A DNA stretch of 64,000 nucleotides, from the NCBI GenBank assembly GCA_002071175.1, contig MWER01000013.1, positions 71,412 through 135,411 of the forward strand, given 5' to 3'. Position 1 is the first letter of the stretch, and each line of letters opens with the position of its first letter. The translations under genes and the position numbers were made by a program. The notes beneath the pieces were generated by a model. The model was not told where the DNA came from, did no database searches, and saw nothing but the letters and a program-made list of their open reading frames with translations. Shown here piece after piece: positions 45,049 through 54,041 of this stretch. Source of the stretch: Bacteroidetes bacterium ADurb.Bin037 (GTDB taxonomy: Bacteria > Bacteroidota > Bacteroidia > Bacteroidales > UBA932).

Positions 45049-46777
45049 AATCTTTTTTCAACACCCGCTCCGGCCGTCCCCCGGCAAATTGCCGATAAGC
45101 AGCAGTAAAATCATTTAACTTCCGGTATACATAATCGGTTATTTCCCAGGGAATGTCTTCCAGGGAAGTGTGGCTTTGTACCCAGTAGAGAGCCAGTGCT
45201 TCCTGGTAGGGAACGGGCAAAGGCTTGTCGCTCCCGGCGGGATATTCCAGGGTAATGTAATTGGCAAACCGTTCCAGGTCTTTAGCCAGCATGGTATAGG
45301 CCAGCATGTAAGCGTAAGCCATCTTATTCTCCCGGTTTTCCCGATATAGGACGTCGAGCATGGCATTCAGACCTTGGGGACTGAACAGCATTTCATCCCG
45401 ATAACGCATCCTGCGGACCTTTCCATAGACGGGATCATCTTCTATACGTTCCTCATTGCCAAGATATTGCATGGCGTCCTGTGCCCATTTCCGGTAAAAG
45501 AGGGTTTTTGACAGCTGCTCCAGGAAACTGCGGGCCACCCGATAATGGCCGTTAATGATATGGGTCTGGGCCAGTCGTTTGTAACACCGTGCGCTTTTCT
45601 GAAAATCGGGGATCGCTTCCATGGCATCATAGGCATTCCGCTGGGCAGAATTGACCATGCCCAGATGCAGGTATACATCAGACATCATCAAAGGGGTCAC
45701 AAAATCCCTGCGGAAAGACATCATAAGACCTTCGGGACCCTGTTGTGGGTAGTGGAACATTTCGGTTTCCAGGCGGCCGGTCTTCCACAAGGCCAGGTTG
45801 ACGGCCACCATTTCAATGGAAGAACCCGGAGGATCTTTTTGTGCCCTCTGCAACACCTCTTCCCACTCCTCTTCATAGACAAGGATGTCGTATCCAAAGA
45901 GCAATTCCTTGTCTAAATCAGTAAAACGATACAGACCAAATACCGTTCCGGCACCGATCAACGCGCACAATACCGGAGAAACGATCCGGCGCAGGCGGCC
46001 GGGACCCGGTGTGGGGATCAGGCGGCACGACAAGGGAACGGCGGCTGCCAGGATCCAAGCTATATACTGAATGGGATATGAAAAGTAGTAATATCTATAA
46101 AAATGGATCCCTCCCAGCAATTTGGCATAGGGATACTGAAAAAAAAGCCTGACTGCAACGGGATAGAGGAAAACAAGTACCACTGCCGGAAGCACACGGA
46201 CGGCATACCACTTCCAATGACCGGTATTCTCCCGGCGAAATGCTTCCAGGTACAGGAAACAGGCGGTAAAAATAATAACCGTGCCACCGGAAGCAAAGAA
46301 CAACACCGGTTGCAGGATATAGAATACGGCTATCCGCAAGTTCCCGGCACCGGCACGCTGGTATAGGTTCACAGCCCAAAGGGACAGCAACAGAGCCACC
46401 ACTGCCGAAATCATGTAATTTTCGTTACACAGCAACAGCCACACGAATGCAGACGGTATAAAAGTCAACGGATAAAGGAAAGTATTACCGTCTGCCCTGC
46501 CGGGCACCCTATACGAGATCCGGGCCACCAGCCGTTGCAGCAGTACCAGCAATAAGACTACAACAAGGGCTCCTGCCCACGGATATAGGAAGAACTGGGT
46601 AACAAAACCGCCCAGGTAAAAGGAAAAGCCTTCCGGATGCAAGACCGATTCCATGAAATAATCCGTCCCAAACCGGAAAAACTGGAACTGTTCGTGAAAT
46701 CGCAAATGGTAAGGAACCAACAGCCAGAAAAAAAGAAAAACACCCAGCCAAAAAACAAGTGAATAGACTTTTCGCAT
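45005..46777 (-). CDS. Polytopic membrane protein (~10 TM) with ~260-aa helical C-terminal domain (DUF6057-like, from memory)
   Basis: 590 aa. N-terminal MRKVYSLVFWLGVFLFFWLLVPYHLRFHEQFQFFRFGTDYF, then about 10 hydrophobic segments to about aa 300, then a soluble helical domain. Confidence 0.5.
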   Translation of the reverse strand: MRKVYSLVFWLGVFLFFWLLVPYHLRFHEQFQFFRFGTDYFMESVLHPEGFSFYLGGFVTQFFLYPWAGALVVVLLLVLLQRLVARISYRVPGRADGNTFLYPLTFIPSAFVWLLLCNENYMISAVVALLLSLWAVNLYQRAGAGNLRIAVFYILQPVLFFASGGTVIIFTACFLYLEAFRRENTGHWKWYAVRVLPAVVLVFLYPVAVRLFFQYPYAKLLGGIHFYRYYYFSYPIQYIAWILAAAVPLSCRLIPTPGPGRLRRIVSPVLCALIGAGTVFGLYRFTDLDKELLFGYDILVYEEEWEEVLQRAQKDPPGSSIEMVAVNLALWKTGRLETEMFHYPQQGPEGLMMSFRRDFVTPLMMSDVYLHLGMVNSAQRNAYDAMEAIPDFQKSARCYKRLAQTHIINGHYRVARSFLEQLSKTLFYRKWAQDAMQYLGNEERIEDDPVYGKVRRMRYRDEMLFSPQGLNAMLDVLYRENRENKMAYAYMLAYTMLAKDLERFANYITLEYPAGSDKPLPVPYQEALALYWVQSHTSLEDIPWEITDYVYRKLNDFTAAYRQFAGGRPERVLKKDFGKTYWYYVFFTKT

Positions 46778-46863
46778 ACAGCAAAGTTAAGAAAATTGGA
46801 CACTTTTCGGATCTGCGAACAATGTCTTTAACTGTAGGCTTTGTCCTGAATCTTAACGAAACA

Positions 46864-47871
46864 CTAATGTTCCGATATATATTTTATTAAATCTATAACT
46901 CTGGCAGAATACCCCATTTCATTGTCATACCAGGCGAGTATCTGTACCAAATCCCCGCCGACTATTTTTGTAGAAAGTGCATCAAATACGGCCGAGTGGG
47001 TATTGTCGTTAACATCACTACTTACTATAGGATCCGAACAATACTCCAGATATTGTTTAAGAGTTGAGTTGGCATAATCTAAAAAAGCTCTATTGATCTC
47101 AGCCTCAGTGACAACTTTATCTAAATGCATATATAACTCTACAAAAGAGCAATCTGCAACAGGAACTCTCGTAGCAAATCCGTCAAATGAGCCGGCAAGC
47201 CGTGGGAAGATAATCTTAATGGCATCTATTGCGCTTGTAGTTGTAGGAATAATATTGTTTAAGGCGCTTCTGGCTCTTCTGGGGTCTGAATGATATCCAT
47301 CCTGCAGATTCTGGTTGTTTGTAAAAGGGTGGATCGTATTCATCAATGCTTTTTTAATTCCAAACGCCTCATCCATCACCTTGATCATTATTGCCACACA
47401 GTTAGTCGTACAGGAAGCATTTGATATGATCCTATCGGAAGAAGTAATGTCCGTGTGATTGACTCCCATGACTACTGTTCTGTCAATGCTCCTGTCTTTA
47501 GAAGGAGAGCTAAGGATAACTTTTTTTGCACCACCGTCAATGTGTCCCTGAAGCATTTCACGGGTTTTAAATTTCCCGCTTGATTCTAATACGATATCTA
47601 CAGAATTTTTACTCCAGGGAATATCTGAGGGCTTGCTGAAATGTGTGACCGGTATCTTTGAGCCGTCTACTATCAGATGTTCCGTATCAAAACTTACATC
47701 GGCTGCGAATTTACCGTGAATACTGTCGTATTTTAGCAGGTGTGACAGTATTTTTGTATCTATTATATAATCATTGATATGAGCCACTTCAATACCCGGT
47801 GTTGTAGATGCAAGTTTGAAGACGAGCTTGCCAATTCTCCCAAAACCGTTTATACCAATCCTGATTGACAT
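46864..47871 (-). CDS. gap: Glyceraldehyde-3-phosphate dehydrogenase family protein, divergent paralog
   Basis: IGINGFGRIGK and the active site SNASCTTNC. Elsewhere it diverges from canonical type I GAPDH (TTTSAIDAIKIIFPRLAGSFDGFATRVP instead of the usual STGAAKAV pattern). ~35-38% GC. Confidence 0.8.
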   Translation of the reverse strand: MSIRIGINGFGRIGKLVFKLASTTPGIEVAHINDYIIDTKILSHLLKYDSIHGKFAADVSFDTEHLIVDGSKIPVTHFSKPSDIPWSKNSVDIVLESSGKFKTREMLQGHIDGGAKKVILSSPSKDRSIDRTVVMGVNHTDITSSDRIISNASCTTNCVAIMIKVMDEAFGIKKALMNTIHPFTNNQNLQDGYHSDPRRARSALNNIIPTTTSAIDAIKIIFPRLAGSFDGFATRVPVADCSFVELYMHLDKVVTEAEINRAFLDYANSTLKQYLEYCSDPIVSSDVNDNTHSAVFDALSTKIVGGDLVQILAWYDNEMGYSARVIDLIKYISEH

Positions 47872-48158
47872 TTGAATGTTGTTTTATAAACTATTTATTG
47901 TGGCACAAAAGTATTACTTTCTTGCGAAATTTTCTAAACACTTGAAGACTTTTCCTAAAAACAACTTTCTATATGACCTTTTAATTGGGGCACAAATCTC
48001 TTCCCTTTATAAAATACATTTCGTATGTTTGATCTTGATATGGCGGGCCATGTAATCGAAATTGCGATCGAAGGCATTGACACATTGTCGCAGGTTAAAC
48101 GCCATTTTACCTAAACTAATGAGCATTGACAAATCATTAACTTCATATTAAATCGATC

Positions 48159-50588
48159 ATGAAAAAAATATTAATTTTTTCGGCATGCTTTTTTGTTTTT
48201 TGCCCGTTTGGTAGTATACCCACGAGTAATGCAGAAGAATACCGTATGCCGTCCAAAACTGTCACAGATCTGATCCTTGCTCCGGCAACTCCTTCTTTTT
48301 CAGCCAGTCCTAAAAAAGACCGGTATGTAATAGTCTATACGGACGATATCCCTACCATAAAAGAACTGTCACAGGAAGAGTTGAGACTTGCAGGAACACG
48401 GATTTTACCTGCAACCAATGGTCCAAAGGTGAGAACAAAAATAAAAGGATTTGAAATGAAATCCATGCCGGGTACAAAAGACATTCGGGAAGGAAAAATT
48501 GAAGGGTTTCCGGACCATGTCAATATTATCGACTACCGGTGGTCGCCCGATGGCAAAATGATAGCCGTATGTGTAGAGGAAGAGGACGGAATACGTCTGT
48601 GGATCATAGATGTTGATGTTCTTAAGGCGACTAAATTGAACGATCTTAAAGTGAATATGTTTTTTGGTACAAACGCATACGAATGGTCAAATGACAGTAA
48701 AAAAATCCTGGTCACTTTTGTTCCTGAAAACCGCGGAAAAGAGCCGGTAGACAAAATAGATAATACCGTACCGGTAATTCAGGAGAGTGATGGAAAGAAA
48801 AATCCCGTACGTACGTACCAAGATCTCTTGTCCGATGATTTCACGGAAAGACAGTTTGACTATTATGCTACATCGGTACTGGGCATCATCCGTATTGACG
48901 ACGGCGGGATCTCATACCTGGGAGAGAATGCCGTATATACACAAGCGACCTTTTCTCCGGATGGAAACTATATTCTTATTCAATCCATAGAAAGACCTTA
49001 TTCATATGTAGTACCTTATCGTTTTTTCCCATCCGTAACAGAGATAAGGGACGAGAACGGTTCAACAATAAAAGTACTGGCAAAGACGCAGCTTGTCGAA
49101 TATGAATATTCAAGCTTGAATTCTGCGTTTCCGGGACCACGTAGCTATAGGTGGAGACCGGATCTTCCCGCATCCGTTTGCTGGATAGAACCCCTTGACG
49201 GAGGTAATGGAAGTGTAGACGTACCTTTCAGGGATAAAGTAATGTGCATTTCCAGCCCGTTCAGCGAAGACGCTGAAGAAGTTTATAAGGGTGAACACAG
49301 GATTAACAGTATTCTCTGGGGAGATGCCAATAATGCATTCGTATTGTTATCCGACCGGTCTGTCCGCCATAAAAAATGCATTCACATTGACCCCCAAAAA
49401 AATGTTGTCAAACAAGTCGTATATGACTTGAGTTCAGAAGATCTGTATGCTGACCCGGGAACAATCATAATGACTTTAAACAGTCTGGGAAGGAGTGTAG
49501 TTTATACTCCTGATAATTATAAAAACATTTATTTCAGTGGAAGGGGCTGTTCCCCAAAAGGGGCTTATCCCTTCATTGATGAATACAACATTGCAAAAAA
49601 CAGAACCAGGCGAATATGGCAATGTCAGGACCCTTATTTTGAATCGCCTGTTACTTATATAGACTTGGTAAAAGGAAAATTCATCTCCAGAAGGGAATCC
49701 AATGATGAGACACCCAACTATTATTTGGTCAATGTCAAAGAGAAAAATGCAATCGCTCTGACCCGCTTCGAGAATCCATACCCTTCAATGACAGGTGTGA
49801 GCAAGCAGGTAATTGAGTATACCCGTAAAGACGGTGTTAAACTGAGCGGCACACTATATTTGCCTGCCGGATATAAAAAGGAGAATGGAACACTTCCCGT
49901 CCTGATGTGGGCTTATCCTTCCGAATTTAAAAGCAGTGATAATGCAGGTCAAAGGAGCGACGCCCCCAATCAGTTTACCCGCTATACAAGAACTTCGCCC
50001 ATTCTTTGGGTGGCGGAAGGTTATGCTGTTTTGAACAACGCATCTTTCCCGATAATCGGAGAAGGTGACAAAGAACCGAATGATACGTATATTGAACAAT
50101 TGGTGAGCAATGCAGAAGCTGCCATCGATATATTAGTGGAAATGGGAATAGCCGACAGAAAAAGAATTGCAGTGGGCGGACACTCATACGGCGCCTTTAT
50201 GACTGCAAATCTTCTGGCAAATTCCGATCTGTTTGCAGCGGGAATTGCACGAAGCGGGGCTTATAACAGGACACTTACACCTTTTGGATTCCAAAATGAA
50301 AGAAGGTCCTTCTGGGAAGCTCCGGATGTGTATTTAACTATGTCTCCTTTCGTTAAAGCAGATAAATTGAAAACTCCCATACTGCTCATTCATGGATTGG
50401 CAGACAACAACACGGGAACATTTACGGTACAAAGCGAGAGGTTATATACGGCACTAAAAGGGAATGGCGGAATTGTCCGGCTTGTGTTGCTCCCCTATGA
50501 AAGCCATAGTTACGTGGCAAAAGAATCCATCCTGCATCAGGCCTGGGAAACATGGCAATGGCTGGAAAAATATGTAAAAAACAGATAG
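48159..50588 (+). CDS. S9-family (prolyl oligopeptidase/DPP-like) serine peptidase with N-terminal beta-propeller
   Basis: Signal peptide. Catalytic triad contexts GGHSYGAFM (Ser), HGLADNN (Asp), YESHSY (His). Confidence 0.85.
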   Translation: MKKILIFSACFFVFCPFGSIPTSNAEEYRMPSKTVTDLILAPATPSFSASPKKDRYVIVYTDDIPTIKELSQEELRLAGTRILPATNGPKVRTKIKGFEMKSMPGTKDIREGKIEGFPDHVNIIDYRWSPDGKMIAVCVEEEDGIRLWIIDVDVLKATKLNDLKVNMFFGTNAYEWSNDSKKILVTFVPENRGKEPVDKIDNTVPVIQESDGKKNPVRTYQDLLSDDFTERQFDYYATSVLGIIRIDDGGISYLGENAVYTQATFSPDGNYILIQSIERPYSYVVPYRFFPSVTEIRDENGSTIKVLAKTQLVEYEYSSLNSAFPGPRSYRWRPDLPASVCWIEPLDGGNGSVDVPFRDKVMCISSPFSEDAEEVYKGEHRINSILWGDANNAFVLLSDRSVRHKKCIHIDPQKNVVKQVVYDLSSEDLYADPGTIIMTLNSLGRSVVYTPDNYKNIYFSGRGCSPKGAYPFIDEYNIAKNRTRRIWQCQDPYFESPVTYIDLVKGKFISRRESNDETPNYYLVNVKEKNAIALTRFENPYPSMTGVSKQVIEYTRKDGVKLSGTLYLPAGYKKENGTLPVLMWAYPSEFKSSDNAGQRSDAPNQFTRYTRTSPILWVAEGYAVLNNASFPIIGEGDKEPNDTYIEQLVSNAEAAIDILVEMGIADRKRIAVGGHSYGAFMTANLLANSDLFAAGIARSGAYNRTLTPFGFQNERRSFWEAPDVYLTMSPFVKADKLKTPILLIHGLADNNTGTFTVQSERLYTALKGNGGIVRLVLLPYESHSYVAKESILHQAWETWQWLEKYVKNR

Positions 50589-50617
50589 TAGATATTGTTA
50601 TTAGGTAAATGTGCAAG

Positions 50618-50650
50618 CCCCCTGTTCAGTCCAAAAAGCAGGGGGTTTCT
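50618..50650 (+). terminator. Rho-independent terminator after the S9 peptidase gene (7-bp stem ccccctg/caggggg, followed by ttt)
   Basis: Seen in the sequence. The 14-nt loop is rather large. Confidence 0.45.
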
Positions 50651-50706
50651 GCATACGGTCCTTTCTCACAAAACGTTAACAATATAACGACTATAATCCG
50701 GAGTGT

Positions 50707-52362
50707 CTAAAGTGTTATTAGAATCAGTATTTGAGCCAGTAAAATTCTTAAGAACATCGTTAGGGGGTAAACCGTTGCATAGGTGATCGATTGTGCATGA
50801 ACAGGGGCAAGGCTATTGGCAAATTCAAGAGCGGGAGGATCCGTCATGGCTCCGGATAGAATGCCGCAAATTTTCAGGTAATTCATTTTCATTGCCCTGG
50901 CAATGATGGCTGCAAGAAATATGGGGATAACTGTAATGGCCGCTCCATACAAAAGCCAGACATACCCGCCATTTACAAGAGTCTGAACAAATTTTCCTCC
51001 GGAAGAAAGCCCTACACAGGATAAGAACAAAACGATACCAAGCTCCCGGATTATCATATTTGCCCCGGGGGTCATGTAAAAATCAAGTTTTCCAATACGT
51101 CTCTGATGACCTAATATTATGGCAATCAAAAGGGGACCTCCGGCCAGCCCTAATTTTGCAGGAACAGGCAGCCCGGGAATAATAATGGGAATACTTCCCA
51201 GTACAATACCAAGGAAAATGCCCAGAAAAATAGGTGCGGTATTGGGATGTGATAATTCTTTAACGGAATTTCCCAGTTCTTGACGAATATCAGGCAACAA
51301 ATCACGTTTCCCTACAATCCTTACTGTGTCTCCCAACTCGACAGTAGTCCGGAGGGTCGGTAAAATTTCCATACCGGCCCTGAAAATACGGGTGATATTC
51401 GCTTCATACCTTCTATAAATCCCAATTTGTTCTATGGTTTTACCTGCAAGTTTTCGATTGGTAATCAAAACATGAAACATGGCAAAATTACCTGATATCT
51501 TACGTTTATTACCGACTTTAACATCACCCATTTTTAAACGAAGCGCATCAAGATGGTCTATTGATGAAACACCATATATCACATCTCCTTCCTGAAGTAT
51601 TTCTTTTTCGGATGCTACAATGAACGTATTATTGCGACCAATTTGGGAAATAACCAATTCCGTGTCTGCTATTTTTTTAATATAGCCGATATCTTTACCG
51701 AACAAACTTGGATTTGTAATGTGGATTTCAACGCTTTCAAGTTGCTTTCGGTTGCTATTATACCGGTTATTATAATCTTCGACTTCTTTATTGATTTTGA
51801 TGCCGAATATCCAACGCACAACAATCATAGTTAAAATAACACCCAGGACCCCAAACGGATAAGCCAGGGCATAGGCCATTCCCGTTAGAGCAACATCCTG
51901 TGTTTTTCCCATTTCTGACAATACCTGCTGGGCTGCGCCAAGACCCGGTGTGTTGGTAACGGCACCACTCATAATACCCGTAATAACTTCCGGAGAAACG
52001 TCAGTCCAGGAATAAATCAAATAGGCCGTAAAAAAGCCGGTAACTACTATTCCTACGGCAAAAAGATTTAAAATCAATCCGTCTTTGCGAAAAGTGCTGA
52101 AAAAACGAGGCCCGACATCAATACCTATCGCATAAACAAAAAGTATCAATCCGAATTCGCGTGTAAAATGCAGCATAGCCGGGTCGGCCTGTAATCCAAA
52201 ATGAGCAAATAAAAGACCGGAAAACAATACCCCTGCAATGCCCAACTTAACTTTTTTAACCGCTATCTTCCCAATCAGGATCCCCACAAATGCCGTTAAA
52301 CTGATGTAAAGCAAAGTGGACGTTACATCCGTTCCTTTAAACAAATCAATAATAAAATTCAC
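50707..52362 (-). CDS. YidE/YbjL-family (AspT-like) transporter with two central TrkA-C (RCK_C) domains
   Basis: 551 aa. Duplicated membrane halves (GIAGVLFSGLLFAH.. / LGIVLFLSCVGLSSG) flank two ~70-aa soluble RCK_C-like repeats. Confidence 0.8.
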   Translation of the reverse strand: MNFIIDLFKGTDVTSTLLYISLTAFVGILIGKIAVKKVKLGIAGVLFSGLLFAHFGLQADPAMLHFTREFGLILFVYAIGIDVGPRFFSTFRKDGLILNLFAVGIVVTGFFTAYLIYSWTDVSPEVITGIMSGAVTNTPGLGAAQQVLSEMGKTQDVALTGMAYALAYPFGVLGVILTMIVVRWIFGIKINKEVEDYNNRYNSNRKQLESVEIHITNPSLFGKDIGYIKKIADTELVISQIGRNNTFIVASEKEILQEGDVIYGVSSIDHLDALRLKMGDVKVGNKRKISGNFAMFHVLITNRKLAGKTIEQIGIYRRYEANITRIFRAGMEILPTLRTTVELGDTVRIVGKRDLLPDIRQELGNSVKELSHPNTAPIFLGIFLGIVLGSIPIIIPGLPVPAKLGLAGGPLLIAIILGHQRRIGKLDFYMTPGANMIIRELGIVLFLSCVGLSSGGKFVQTLVNGGYVWLLYGAAITVIPIFLAAIIARAMKMNYLKICGILSGAMTDPPALEFANSLAPVHAQSITYATVYPLTMFLRILLAQILILITL

Positions 52363-52454
52363 TGCAATCTTTATTTGAAATCACGTATCAATGTCCTTTA
52401 CAATGTAGGACGTTTTTATGATTAAACCATAAAGATAAAAGTTATTCTACGAGT

Positions 52455-52484
52455 AAAAAAAAGGCCCTCAAATTTGAGGGCCTT
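52455..52484 (-). terminator. Rho-independent terminator downstream of susD (10-bp stem aaggccctca/tgagggcctt, U-run on the minus strand)
   Basis: A perfect hairpin at 52461-52484 is preceded on the plus strand by an A-run (52455-52462), which becomes the 3' U-run of the minus transcript. Confidence 0.65.
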
Positions 52485-52494
52485 TTAAGCTTTT

Positions 52495-54039
52495 TTAGAA
52501 GCTAATTTCTTTATTGTAGTCAGACTCAAGACGCGGTACAACCCAGGTCCATTTATTTTTGTCTTCGGGTCCGATTATTCCGGTCAAATCATTATGGAAA
52601 CTGTCACCGTTCTCATAATTTCTTTTTATCAACGTATCACCCCATCTCTTTTTATCAAACCAGTCAAAACCTTCACCCCAAAGTTCAATACCTCTGTACA
52701 TCTTAATTTCCTCAAGAAGATCCTGACCTGTTTTTGTGCAGGAATAGTTGGGATCCCTGCCAGTATCTTTTGTTAACGCCTCCAGACATTTTTGAGCTGC
52801 CGAAACGTTACTAAGGAAATAGTTGGCTTCAGCTTCAATTAACAACATCTCCGAAGAGCGGAAATTATTGATATGCCCGACTCCAGGGTAATCGATACAT
52901 TTGAATTTGAAATTCATATACGCATGAGCATTTGCCGTAGCATACAGATCGGGATATAATTGAAAGGCATGTTTCTTTAGTGCGCTGCCGCCTAACCCCG
53001 TGTTTTTATTCCAGGACATGTCTTTAGGATCCAGGAACATATCTTTGCGAATATCCGTATCCGGTATTTTGTTATACAACGACATGGTTATTCTCTTAGG
53101 ATACGTTCTTACGGCAGAAGCATTTGAGTTGTATCCGATATAGGCGAAATAGTGATAATAATATAATGTTTCATCGCTGGCGCCATATACACTCCATATC
53201 CACTCTTTATTGGGCACGGAAAAACCGGCTTTGTATTCAGCAACACTCATCATAGGATATTTTTGACGTGCTTTTTTTGCCATTTCCAGAGCTTTGGAAT
53301 AGTCTGCTATGGTGATGGCGGTTCTGGCATAAACAGCGTAAGCCACATCAATATTAACTTCAAAATTATAATTGCTGTCCCGATCCAATCCGGAAGAACT
53401 GTAAAGCGATATGGCATCATCCAGATCTTTGTATATCTGTGAATATACCGTTTTTGCCGGAGAAACGGGCAGATCCTCATCGGTAGGCTCCAATCTTAAT
53501 ACCACACCAAAAGTTTCACCGTTTTGCGTATCCGTCCAACGATAGGAGTACAGTTGCATTAACATTAAGTAGCAATAGGCCCTGTAAGTCAGAGCTTGTG
53601 CCTTAATATACTCTTTTTCATGATCGGGACCTTCGGCATCATCAATACCGGCAATTATCGAATTGGCGTTACCGATTATCATGTAATAGTAATACCAGGG
53701 ATATTGAGTATATGTTGAATTGTTATCATCGTGATTGTTTCCCCCAATAACGTTTACCCAACCAGGAAGATTAACGGTAAAGTTCTGTCCCGGATATTCC
53801 CCGTAATATAACTTAATGGTACCTTCCCCATTAAATCCCTGTCTGCTAATATATTGTCTTGTCATTAATTTAGACAATCCGTTTACAGCAAGTTTAGCGT
53901 TTGCCGTCGTTTCAAATATAGTTCCTCCACTGGTGGAAGAAGTAGGAGTTGTGCTTAAATATTCTTTTCCACAGCTCCATAGAAACAACATGCTAAGTAA
54001 AATAATTGGTTTAAATATTTTTTTCATAATCTCAATCAT
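52495..54039 (-). CDS. susD: SusD/RagB-family nutrient-binding outer membrane lipoprotein
   Basis: Lipoprotein signal LSMLFLWSCG. TPR-like SusD family features. Lies immediately downstream of susC (2-nt gap). Confidence 0.9.
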   Translation of the reverse strand: MIEIMKKIFKPIILLSMLFLWSCGKEYLSTTPTSSTSGGTIFETTANAKLAVNGLSKLMTRQYISRQGFNGEGTIKLYYGEYPGQNFTVNLPGWVNVIGGNNHDDNNSTYTQYPWYYYYMIIGNANSIIAGIDDAEGPDHEKEYIKAQALTYRAYCYLMLMQLYSYRWTDTQNGETFGVVLRLEPTDEDLPVSPAKTVYSQIYKDLDDAISLYSSSGLDRDSNYNFEVNIDVAYAVYARTAITIADYSKALEMAKKARQKYPMMSVAEYKAGFSVPNKEWIWSVYGASDETLYYYHYFAYIGYNSNASAVRTYPKRITMSLYNKIPDTDIRKDMFLDPKDMSWNKNTGLGGSALKKHAFQLYPDLYATANAHAYMNFKFKCIDYPGVGHINNFRSSEMLLIEAEANYFLSNVSAAQKCLEALTKDTGRDPNYSCTKTGQDLLEEIKMYRGIELWGEGFDWFDKKRWGDTLIKRNYENGDSFHNDLTGIIGPEDKNKWTWVVPRLESDYNKEISF

Positions 54040-54041
54040 TT

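Noticed and set aside
46778-46870. Direct repeat of the tRNA-Ser 3' end (att site) at the left edge of the low-GC block
   Set aside because: I looked for ggagagagagggattcgaa-like sequence and saw no match by eye. The island hypothesis therefore rests on composition and gene content only.
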